This document shows positions 17,583-26,256 of a stretch of 64,000 bases of DNA, piece after piece; positions within the stretch are counted from its first letter, which is position 1; each line of letters opens with the position of its first letter. The notes under the pieces were generated by a model. That model did not search any database and was not told where the DNA came from. It saw only the letters and a list, made by a program, of their open reading frames with translations. The stretch lies in IMG/VR virus record IMGVR_UViG_3300018056_000001. One strand, written 5' to 3'. A program made the translations under genes and the position numbers. This DNA comes from an uncultured virus (IMG/VR IMGVR_UViG_3300018056_000001) (taxonomy: Duplodnaviria; Heunggongvirae; Uroviricota; Caudoviricetes).

Positions 17583-18223
17583 CACTTCCGCTGAACAAGT
17601 TCTACAGTCCCAACGACTTCCCCGATCTCGCCCCGGAGCTAGAGATCGTCTTGCAGCATTGGGATAAGGGTCAATACGAGAATCGGAAGTGGGAGTACGC
17701 GATGGCCCTGCATACCCTGCGAACGTGGGAAGAGATGGGGAGTGTGATCATCCCTAGACTATCCCGGCGACTCGTGGACGTAGGAGGAGCGGGTAGTCCC
17801 TTCCTCTCGATGGCGGGGAATTGGCACACTACCGTCGTCGATCCGAAAGTGAATATCGACCTCGCGGATTACATGACGACCCGCCCGTGTTTGGCTGATG
17901 CGGTGGTGTGCCTCTCGGTCCTTGAGCATGTCGACGATCTCGACCGATTTGTGTACCACCTGAGCTGTCTGGTGGCACCTGGAGGCTTACTGTTTCTCAC
18001 GGTCGATGCGTGCGACACGCACGAACCCGGCTGGCCCGCAGATACCTACCACTTCCATTGGGACCGGAAGCGAATCTTCAGCGATCTACGACTCCGACTC
18101 CTTCGCCAGCAATTCGCGGCGAGAGATTTTGAGACCTTCGGGGAGGTCGATCGGCTCTGGAATGGACCGATCGAGAATTGGGGCTATTCGATCGCATCGG
18201 TCGCGATGGTGAAGAAGATATGA
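17579..18223 (+). CDS. Class I SAM-dependent methyltransferase
   Basis: RKWEY, LVDVGG, CLSVLEHV, APGGLLFLT. Confidence 0.85.
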   Translation: MTLPLNKFYSPNDFPDLAPELEIVLQHWDKGQYENRKWEYAMALHTLRTWEEMGSVIIPRLSRRLVDVGGAGSPFLSMAGNWHTTVVDPKVNIDLADYMTTRPCLADAVVCLSVLEHVDDLDRFVYHLSCLVAPGGLLFLTVDACDTHEPGWPADTYHFHWDRKRIFSDLRLRLLRQQFAARDFETFGEVDRLWNGPIENWGYSIASVAMVKKI

Positions 18224-19485
18224 ACGACACAGCCTACGGCGAGCGCACCTGTCGGGTTTGCAGTGGAGATCTCGAAACGATCCTCCACCTCGGGACCCCC
18301 TATCCGTCCCGCTTCCCCTTAGCAGGCGAGGAACTCCCCCCACAGATTCCCCTCGACTTCTGTACCTGTGTCGAGTGTCGACTCGTCCAGCTCCGCCACA
18401 CGGTCGATCCGGACGCCATGTTTAGGCAGTACTGGTACCAGTCCGGGATCAACGAGACGATGCGTGCGGAGCTAGAGGATGTTGTGGCCCAAGCAACGGC
18501 CAGAGTGCCGCTCCTGAAGGGAGATCTCGTCATCGACGTGGGGGCCAACGACGGGACTCTCCTGTCTTTCTACCTTGATCGCGATCTCGTCCGTGTCGCC
18601 TTTGAGCCAGCTCAGAACCTCCAAGCGGCACTCCGTTCCCAAGCGGACATGATCATCGCGGACTACTTCCCTGATAGCCTCTTCGATCTCGAAGTCCGTG
18701 GAGCCAAGTTCGATGAGGAGGTCAAGATTCTGACCTCGATCGCGGTCTTCTATGATCTCGATGACCCGGATAATTTCGTCGCACAGGTCAAGCGACTCCT
18801 ACATCCCGACGGCGTCTGGATCGTCCAATTTCAAGATCTCGATCAGATGCTCAAGGCGACCGCGTTCGACAACATTTGTTTCGAACATCTGATCTATTAC
18901 TCACTCGCCAGCTTCCAGCGATTAATCGAACCACACGGGCTCCGGGTCACGGATGCCGAGGTCCGGTCGATCAATGGAGGGAGCTACCGGCTCTACGTCC
19001 AGCACAAGAACAAGACCCCAACAGCGAACGTCGATGCCCTCTGGCACCAGGAGTACGGCTGCGAGGAGTGGGACACGTTCTACAAGTTCGCGTGGCGAGC
19101 CCAAGAGGCGAAGCGACAGATCAGTGCGGCGATTCGACACCTCGTCAATACAGGGAAGATCGTCGACCTGTACGGAGCCTCGACAAAAGGGAATACGCTC
19201 TTGCAGTGGTGTGGGCTTGATCATCGACTCATCCGCCGAGCGATCGAACGAAGTCCCGAGAAGATCGGACGAGTGACTATCGGGACAGATATCCCCATCG
19301 TTGGGGAAGAGGAGGGACGACGCGATCCCGCTGACGCGTGGTTGGTTGGGATCTGGCAGTTTCGGGAGCACATTCTGAAGCGAGAAGCCGACTACCTCAC
19401 TCAGGGAGGGACATTGCTTTTTCCACTCCCGAAGGTCGAGATCGTGTCAGAGGCTGTGGTGGAGGGGTACGGGCATGGAGTCTGA
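18220..19485 (+). CDS. NDP-sugar C-methyltransferase family protein
   Basis: N-terminal CRVC...CVECRLVQL zinc domain, DVGANDGTLL, FDNICFEH, YGASTKGNTLL. Confidence 0.85.
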   Translation: MNDTAYGERTCRVCSGDLETILHLGTPYPSRFPLAGEELPPQIPLDFCTCVECRLVQLRHTVDPDAMFRQYWYQSGINETMRAELEDVVAQATARVPLLKGDLVIDVGANDGTLLSFYLDRDLVRVAFEPAQNLQAALRSQADMIIADYFPDSLFDLEVRGAKFDEEVKILTSIAVFYDLDDPDNFVAQVKRLLHPDGVWIVQFQDLDQMLKATAFDNICFEHLIYYSLASFQRLIEPHGLRVTDAEVRSINGGSYRLYVQHKNKTPTANVDALWHQEYGCEEWDTFYKFAWRAQEAKRQISAAIRHLVNTGKIVDLYGASTKGNTLLQWCGLDHRLIRRAIERSPEKIGRVTIGTDIPIVGEEEGRRDPADAWLVGIWQFREHILKREADYLTQGGTLLFPLPKVEIVSEAVVEGYGHGV

Positions 19486-19628
19486 AGCCCCGACCGGCGC
19501 GCGATGCCCCCATTGTGGGAATGAGGACCCGACACTCATTACGAGGTGGATCGAGCCCCGCCTTGAGGATCCGAACACGGTGCGGAAGATGTACTGCGAA
19601 CAATGCGGGCGGACATGGATGGCCCTGA

Positions 19629-20306
19629 ATGCAGACACACGATCGGCTCCTGATTCATAGTAGCGCTGAAGCTAACTGGCGAACGCCTGAGGACTGCTTT
19701 GGACGACTCCACCAGGAAGCCAGATTCGCGATTGACCTCGCAGCCGCTGAGGATTCGACGCTATGTCCAACATGGTTGGGTCCGGGAAGTCGAGAGGGCA
19801 CCGATGCATTGGTACTCGACTGGTACCAGTACCGCGATCTCGGCCCAGGGTTTCTGAATCCGCCTTTCTCGAAGACGCTCGCCAATGCCTACAGAACTGG
19901 ACGGATCAAGAATCTCGATGGGCACTGGCAACCACATGAAGTCGACTATGTGAAGGCTACTTGGTACGAGATCGAGAATTGGGCACGGAAGTGTTGGCAA
20001 GAAAGCCAGAGGGGATTCACGATCTACGCTGTGCTACCCTTCGCTCCTCAGACAGATTGGTACCGGCAATACGTATACGGGCATGGGGCACCCTCCGATC
20101 TCCCGCTCATGGGACCGATCGCCGGTATGTGGTCCGGCCACGCCGCGATGGAAGAGCGGCGGCTGCCGCATCGAATCAGCTTCCTCCGTCCTGACGGTAC
20201 CTCGGCGGCGAATGCTGGAGTCAACTCGGTTGTGATCATCTGGCGTCCCAATCCTGGATACGTGGGTCCGTGGCAACCGGCGGTCAGGTACTGGAGCTAC
20301 CGATGA
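19629..20306 (+). CDS. dam: Phage DNA N6-adenine methyltransferase (T1 Dam-like)
   Basis: WRTP, IDLAA, catalytic NPPF, RISF. Confidence 0.8.
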   Translation: MQTHDRLLIHSSAEANWRTPEDCFGRLHQEARFAIDLAAAEDSTLCPTWLGPGSREGTDALVLDWYQYRDLGPGFLNPPFSKTLANAYRTGRIKNLDGHWQPHEVDYVKATWYEIENWARKCWQESQRGFTIYAVLPFAPQTDWYRQYVYGHGAPSDLPLMGPIAGMWSGHAAMEERRLPHRISFLRPDGTSAANAGVNSVVIIWRPNPGYVGPWQPAVRYWSYR

Positions 20307-20475
20307 TCCTGCGTCGAGGCGTCATCCTCGGTCTTGTCAGTTTCGGGAACTTGCTCCTGTGGATCGACTACTGGAGTCATCCGTGGGGGATGGAGATCTC
20401 CGCCGTCACCTTCTATTCCCTCGCGTTCATCTACGCGCAGCTCACGAAACCTCGGAACATGTAAAGGAGCTACAC

Positions 20476-20859
20476 ATGCCACGCGACAAGAAAGGGATCC
20501 CGTTTGGAATCGATACGGTCGTCGAGACTCCACAAGGAGAGATGGAAGTACATGGATTCATTGTCGTGGATCACGCGCTTTCGAGGGATCAGATCCAACG
20601 GGTGCAGCAAATCGTGTGTGAGGGGTACTGTGACCCAGCCACAGAGATAGGGGCATTCTTCTGGCATGAAGTCCACGCGAAGGATGACAAGAAGAATCCA
20701 TGGAAAGACGTGCCAAACGATCACACCGACATGTGCCACATGGACAAGGCTCAAGCAAAGGGATTACAGCTCCCCGAAGGGCGAGAAGCGGTACTGGGTG
20801 TGACGGCAGCAGAAAATATCCAAGCCGACAAGGCGGTCTGGGGAGGTTCTGCCAACTAG
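20476..20859 (+). CDS. Hypothetical protein ending DKAVWGGSAN
   Basis: AAGGAG RBS before ATG 20476. Confidence 0.6.
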   Translation: MPRDKKGIPFGIDTVVETPQGEMEVHGFIVVDHALSRDQIQRVQQIVCEGYCDPATEIGAFFWHEVHAKDDKKNPWKDVPNDHTDMCHMDKAQAKGLQLPEGREAVLGVTAAENIQADKAVWGGSAN

Positions 20860-20958
20860 CTCGCCAAACACAGGCCGTGGAGATCCTCTACTATGTGCCC
20901 TTGTTTGTGCTGGCCCTGATGGGACTGTATAAATTTCTCCTGTGGAGTCTCAAACACC

Positions 20959-21828
20959 ATGAATGAGGGCACTAGACCAATTTGGATCGTAATGCCAGTC
21001 TTGGCGGGGCAGGAGATGACCGAGGCAGCTATAGGGGACTGCCTCGGCCAATCAGTCCCGACACGGATCCTGATCGTCAATCAGGGCGCGGAAGATGCCC
21101 TACGTTCGAGACTCGAACGGCTGGCTGAGGAATACTCAGATCGGATCTTTCTCTGGTCACACGATCCGCACCTGCCGTCTTTATCGGGGACGTGGAATCG
21201 AGCACTAGACTTTGTCTGGGCGACGGGGGGACAGGAGGCGCTAGTGGTCAACAACGATGTCCGGTTACACCCTAGGACAGTACAGGTACTTAGTACTGTA
21301 CTAGTACGTACTGATAGCCTATTCGTCAGCGCGATCGGGGTGACCAAGGAACAGTTCGATCCTCTGGCAGGAATCGATCTTGCGCTCACGGGATCAGATG
21401 GGGAACCTGTTGCCTTGGATAAGGGCGGTCCCGACTTCTCCTGTTTCCTGATCTCGAAGCAGTGTCACCACGAGTACCGATTCGATGAGAACTTCATTCC
21501 AGCCTTCTGCGAGGATCTCGACTACCATCGCCGACTGATGTTGGCAGGGGAGGGATCGCGGATCTTTTCGGTGAACCTCCCCTACCTCCATCTAGCCAGT
21601 CAGACTTTGAAGTTGGTCGATCCGAAAAGGCGAGAGGCAATTGAACGATCGATCGAACAACACTCCAGGGCCTATTACAAGAGGAAATGGGGCGGGCCTG
21701 TGAACTTGGAGACCTATTGGGTGCCGTTCGACAAAGGAGTTCCAGAGAGGCGGATCTCGGGTATCGAGCCCACAACACCAAACCTTCAGACGTACTACAA
21801 TCGGAGTACGAATGGGGTATCGCAATGA
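20959..21828 (+). CDS. Glycosyltransferase (GT2)
   Basis: IVMPV, WNRAL, VVNNDV, FDENF-PAFCEDLDY. Confidence 0.85.
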   Translation: MNEGTRPIWIVMPVLAGQEMTEAAIGDCLGQSVPTRILIVNQGAEDALRSRLERLAEEYSDRIFLWSHDPHLPSLSGTWNRALDFVWATGGQEALVVNNDVRLHPRTVQVLSTVLVRTDSLFVSAIGVTKEQFDPLAGIDLALTGSDGEPVALDKGGPDFSCFLISKQCHHEYRFDENFIPAFCEDLDYHRRLMLAGEGSRIFSVNLPYLHLASQTLKLVDPKRREAIERSIEQHSRAYYKRKWGGPVNLETYWVPFDKGVPERRISGIEPTTPNLQTYYNRSTNGVSQ

Positions 21829-22262
21829 AAGAACTCTTCGGTGATCTCTGGGATCTCACCCCCCGCGCAGACGCCCTCTGCATCACAACCAACGGGACGA
21901 TCACCAATTCAGGACGAGGGGTCATGGGACGGGGACTTGCCTATCAGGCGAAGCAGCGGTACCCAGGGCTAGAATACCGACTCGGAAAACTGTTGAAGGA
22001 AGGCGGGAATCACGTCCACATCCTGCGAACAGTCTCACCAATTCTGATCTCGTTCCCAGTCAAGCACCTGTGGGAACAGAAGGCGGATCCCCTGCTGATC
22101 GTCCGGAGCGCACAGGAACTCGTAGCACTCGCTGACGAGAAGGGCTGGACCAATATCGTGCTCCCGCGACCGGGCTGTGGAAATGGTGGACTGACCTGGA
22201 ATGAGGTGCGTCCGCTCCTTGAGCCCTTCCTATTTGATCGGTTCACGGTGGTAGAGCTATGA
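21825..22262 (+). CDS. Macrodomain (ADP-ribose processing) protein
   Basis: ITTN...VMGRGLA, SFPVK, PRPGCGNGGL-W. Confidence 0.8.
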   Translation: MKELFGDLWDLTPRADALCITTNGTITNSGRGVMGRGLAYQAKQRYPGLEYRLGKLLKEGGNHVHILRTVSPILISFPVKHLWEQKADPLLIVRSAQELVALADEKGWTNIVLPRPGCGNGGLTWNEVRPLLEPFLFDRFTVVEL

Positions 22263-22669
22263 CAACAAAGGGTTGGTACGGAGTGGACTTGGATGGGGTC
22301 CTCGCGGATTGGGACGAACTCTATTTCCCCGAGATCGGTCCTCCGATCCCAGAGATGATCGAGCGGGTACAGGACTGGCTCAGGGGTGGGAAGGACGTGC
22401 GAATCTTCACCGCGCGAGTGAGTTGCTGTGGTCGAACAAGTGAGCATGGGACTGCTAATATCGCCTTCGCCGCAGATCAGCGTCAACGAATCGAAGCGTG
22501 GTGTACAGCACATCTCGGGACGGTGCTCCCTGTGACGGCTGAGAAGGACTTCCTGATGGTCGAACTCTGGGACGATCGCTGTGTCCAAGTGGTCACGAAT
22601 ACAGGGCGGACACTCCGAGAAGAGCTGACCAACGAGATCATGAAGGCACTACGAGAGCCGCCGGGATGA
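22259..22669 (+). CDS. HAD-family phosphatase (PNKP-like)
   Basis: DLDGVL, IFTAR, WDDR. Confidence 0.75.
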   Translation: MTTKGWYGVDLDGVLADWDELYFPEIGPPIPEMIERVQDWLRGGKDVRIFTARVSCCGRTSEHGTANIAFAADQRQRIEAWCTAHLGTVLPVTAEKDFLMVELWDDRCVQVVTNTGRTLREELTNEIMKALREPPG

Positions 22670-22980
22670 CCACCGTCATTCACCATCGCGATCGAGGATC
22701 TATTCCTTCTGACGAGTACGTCTACATCGGACGCCCGTCGATCTGGGGGAACCCATTCAGCCATCGGCACGATTCGATCGCAACGACGATCGTCTCTTCA
22801 CGCGACGAGGCAATCGACCGGTACCGGACGTGGATCCAGACACAACCATTCCTGCTGAGACAGCTACCGACGTTGAAGGGGAAGACACTCGGATGTTGGT
22901 GCAAGCCTCGATCCTGTCACGGCGACATCCTCGCCGAACTCGCAGACGCGGTACCTGATGCCAGCTCTAGCTCGACCTGA
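22666..22980 (+). CDS. DUF4326 domain protein
   Basis: VYIGRPSIWGNPF...LGCWCKP..CHGDIL. Confidence 0.85.
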   Translation: MTTVIHHRDRGSIPSDEYVYIGRPSIWGNPFSHRHDSIATTIVSSRDEAIDRYRTWIQTQPFLLRQLPTLKGKTLGCWCKPRSCHGDILAELADAVPDASSSST

Positions 22981-25900
22981 TCCGTGCCGCGCCTGCGTCC
23001 TCGACCGCCACGCCGAGGGCTTCGCGCCGGCCGATGGCCCAGCCGGGTCCTGGCTCCTACTTGTCGGCGAAGCGCTCGGGAAGGTCGAGGCCCTCACCGG
23101 TCGCCCATTCATGGGCGATGCCGGCGGAATGCTCCAGCGACTCCTGAACATGCTCGGCTGGTCCCGAGACACCATCCGCATTCACAACGTTATCTCCTGC
23201 AGGCCCCCAGGCGATTGGTTCGACGAGCGAGCCCCTTGGTACCATGACGCCCTCGCCTACTGCCCCTACCTCGAATCCACGCTCGCTGAGCGGCATCCTG
23301 TAGTTGTCCCAATGGGTGGGACAGCCCTACGGAAGGTTCTCGGCCTAGAGGGCCACAGGAAGGTCCGAGTGCAGGATTTCCATGGCACCATCCAGCGCGA
23401 CCCCAAGGATCGCTTCTGGGTCGTCCCCACCTTCCACCCCAGCTTCCTGCAGCGCGGGGCGCACAACCTCATCGGAACTGTCTTATGGGACCTTCGGCAG
23501 GCGGAGGAGATCCGAGACCGAGGCCGGCCACAGGATCAGGCGTCTTTGGTCATCGACCCGCCGCTCGACTGGTTCAAAGCGTGGGTTGACCAAGTAGTCG
23601 CGGCTCGCTTCCATGAGCCACACGCCTATGTCGTATCGTCCGATGTCGAGACGCCAGATAAAGCCGGGGGCAAGGATGAGGGCGAGATCACGGCCGACGA
23701 CAAGAGTTTCCAGATCCTCCGAGTCAATGTGGCGTGCCATCCTGACGAAGGTATCACAGTCCCCTTTGCTGGCTCCTACATCGACGAATTACGCCGTCTT
23801 CATCAAAGCCCTGGGTCGATCTGGCAGTGGAACAAGGAGTACGACTTCATCCGACTATTAACTGCAGGAATCTTCACGGGAGAGGAAGACCAGAGGCGAG
23901 TCATCGATCTCATGTGGCTGGGGAAGCATCTCCAGTCAGACGTCCCGATGGGCTTGGGCTACTGGGCGCCCTTCTACTCAAGTTTTGGTGCATGGAAGCA
24001 CCTTGCCGACAGCGATCCCGCGCGCTATGGGGCGATCGACGGACTCCAGACACATCGAATTGGATTCGGGATCATCACCGATCTGATCAAGCTGGGGATG
24101 TACGAGCAGGCCCTGCGGCACAAGCATCAGCTTCACTGGCAAGCCCTACGGCCGGCACAGCTCGTCGGGGTGAAGATCGATCGCCAACGACTGCAGATCT
24201 TCAAGCAGGAGCTGATCGAGAAGGCAGCGATCCGACTCGACGCCCTCACGACGTACTATCCTGTCGAGCTAGCTCCCCTGACTCCGAAGGGAGGGCTGTC
24301 GAGTCCCCCACCCGCGAACGTCCTCCATGTCAAGGCGTCAGCGTTCACCAGAAAGGGGAAACCGAAGTCAGGGAAACAGGCGACAGAGCTGAAGCTCGAT
24401 CTCTACAAGCGAGCAAAGGTTATTGAGCAACTCGTGCTGAAGGAGGTCCTCGTCTGCAAGACCTGTAGCGAAAAGGACGTCCCCAGGCGACATCGGTGCA
24501 AGCTGGCCTACATCGGGAAGGATGGGCTGACCAAGTACAAAACTTCCCCAACTACTCCTGAGATCTCGATCGAGATCGCGTCAGTCTCCCGCTGGTTCTG
24601 GCAGGAACCCTTCAATCCCGATAGCTGGAAACAGGTCCTCGCCTACATCAAGTTCAAAGGGAAGACGGACAAGAAGCATAGCCCTGGGCGAGCGAAGAAG
24701 ACACACAAGGACACAACGAACCGCGAAACGCTCGAACGGCTGGAAGTGAGGACGAAGGATCCCCTCTACAGGACATTGCTCGACTATCGAGCGATCGTGA
24801 AGGTGAAGGGGACGTATGTTGAGGGCACGGAACGCAGACTCGACAGTGAGGATCGAGTTCATCCCCAACCGACCTTTCGGCCAAGTATGGGTCGAAAATC
24901 GTACGTGAATCCAAACATCACGAACGTTGTCGCCGACAAGGAGGGCAAGGATACGCTTGCAGCGGGCTTTCGAAAGTGTATCGTCTCTAGTCCAGGCTGT
25001 CGACTTCTCGAAGTCGACTTTGCCTCCATCGAGGCGATCAAGGTGGGCGAGCGCGCGAGAGATCCCGATTACATTCGACTCGCTCGGCTCGGGGTCCATG
25101 CAGGGATGGCGAGTCACGTACTCGGACGACCATTCGATCGAAGCTGGTTGAAAGATCGTCCCGCGGACCTGAAAGCCTACTTCGATGAGATCAAGTACAA
25201 CCCCGATCCGAAGATCGTCCAGACCTATGATCGAACCAAACGCTTTGTGCACGGCAAAGCCTACGGACTCACCGTATTCGGGATGGTCCTGCAGTTCCCG
25301 CAACTGTTCCCGACCCTCGAAGTCGCTCAGCGCTACGAGAAGATCTTCAACGAGATGGCGCCCAAAGTCGTCAAATGGCAGCGTCAGACCCAGGATCGAG
25401 CGGCGAAGGAACACTTCCTCGGGGGACCAGGGGATCATCCGTACGGACTGAAGCATTGGTTCTGGTCGGTCTACACCTATAAACGCCTCACGACGACCCA
25501 ATACTATCGATTGATTGGACGATGTGAGAAAGAGGGTGTCGAACCTCCCATCGCGATCATCAATGGGGAGAAGTTCCGAATTGGGTACGGGGAAGACGCC
25601 AAGCGCACGCTTGCTTTCTATCCCCAGAGCATCGCGGCAGGAGATCTCGATGTCGCCCAGATCGCCCTCTTCGATCCCGAGTCCCCGAGCTATGTTGGTG
25701 ATGCCTATTACGGGCGCACTCCTCTACGGGGGCCGATCCATGATTCCTTACTCCTAGAAATTCCTGATCTGACCTGGGATCGTACCTGTGAGCGGATCTT
25801 CGCAGAGATGCAGCGACCCCTGGTCACACAACCGATTCCCGCGGAGTGGGAGATGGGACCTTACCTGACGAACAACGTATCGGCCAAGGTGGGGCACGAT

Positions 25901-26020
25901 TGGGATAACATGGAGCGACTCAAGGTGCCAACGTTTAGTGATCTTGAACCATCGATCTGGACACCGGCTGAGGAGATCGACGAGGAAGATGGACGTGACC
26001 TCGCGCGGAGGATTGCATGA
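22958..26020 (+). CDS. polA: Family A DNA polymerase with N-terminal uracil-DNA-glycosylase-like domain and 3'-5' exonuclease
   Basis: UDG4-like LVGEALG..E...GRPF, CRPP, TFHPS; exo DVET; motif A EVDFASIE, motif B KRFVHGKAYG, motif C IHDS. Confidence 0.9.
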   Translation: MPALARPDPCRACVLDRHAEGFAPADGPAGSWLLLVGEALGKVEALTGRPFMGDAGGMLQRLLNMLGWSRDTIRIHNVISCRPPGDWFDERAPWYHDALAYCPYLESTLAERHPVVVPMGGTALRKVLGLEGHRKVRVQDFHGTIQRDPKDRFWVVPTFHPSFLQRGAHNLIGTVLWDLRQAEEIRDRGRPQDQASLVIDPPLDWFKAWVDQVVAARFHEPHAYVVSSDVETPDKAGGKDEGEITADDKSFQILRVNVACHPDEGITVPFAGSYIDELRRLHQSPGSIWQWNKEYDFIRLLTAGIFTGEEDQRRVIDLMWLGKHLQSDVPMGLGYWAPFYSSFGAWKHLADSDPARYGAIDGLQTHRIGFGIITDLIKLGMYEQALRHKHQLHWQALRPAQLVGVKIDRQRLQIFKQELIEKAAIRLDALTTYYPVELAPLTPKGGLSSPPPANVLHVKASAFTRKGKPKSGKQATELKLDLYKRAKVIEQLVLKEVLVCKTCSEKDVPRRHRCKLAYIGKDGLTKYKTSPTTPEISIEIASVSRWFWQEPFNPDSWKQVLAYIKFKGKTDKKHSPGRAKKTHKDTTNRETLERLEVRTKDPLYRTLLDYRAIVKVKGTYVEGTERRLDSEDRVHPQPTFRPSMGRKSYVNPNITNVVADKEGKDTLAAGFRKCIVSSPGCRLLEVDFASIEAIKVGERARDPDYIRLARLGVHAGMASHVLGRPFDRSWLKDRPADLKAYFDEIKYNPDPKIVQTYDRTKRFVHGKAYGLTVFGMVLQFPQLFPTLEVAQRYEKIFNEMAPKVVKWQRQTQDRAAKEHFLGGPGDHPYGLKHWFWSVYTYKRLTTTQYYRLIGRCEKEGVEPPIAIINGEKFRIGYGEDAKRTLAFYPQSIAAGDLDVAQIALFDPESPSYVGDAYYGRTPLRGPIHDSLLLEIPDLTWDRTCERIFAEMQRPLVTQPIPAEWEMGPYLTNNVSAKVGHDWDNMERLKVPTFSDLEPSIWTPAEEIDEEDGRDLARRIA

Positions 26021-26256
26021 TCCTTCCTCCCATGAAGACACGTCGAAACCGTAAAGGCTTCCGCGCGACCGAAGCCCAGCTTCGAGGAATGAAGAAGGGA
26101 AACGCAGTATCAGCCACCAGACGTCGACTGCAGGAACGCGAGTGCGAGTGCGGGACGCTCTTCAAGCCACGGAATAGGAACCAACGTCATTGCTCAGTTT
26201 CTTGTGGTGCGAGAGTTGGTGGGCGAATCGTCGGACTACAGTTTGGCCAGCAGGCG

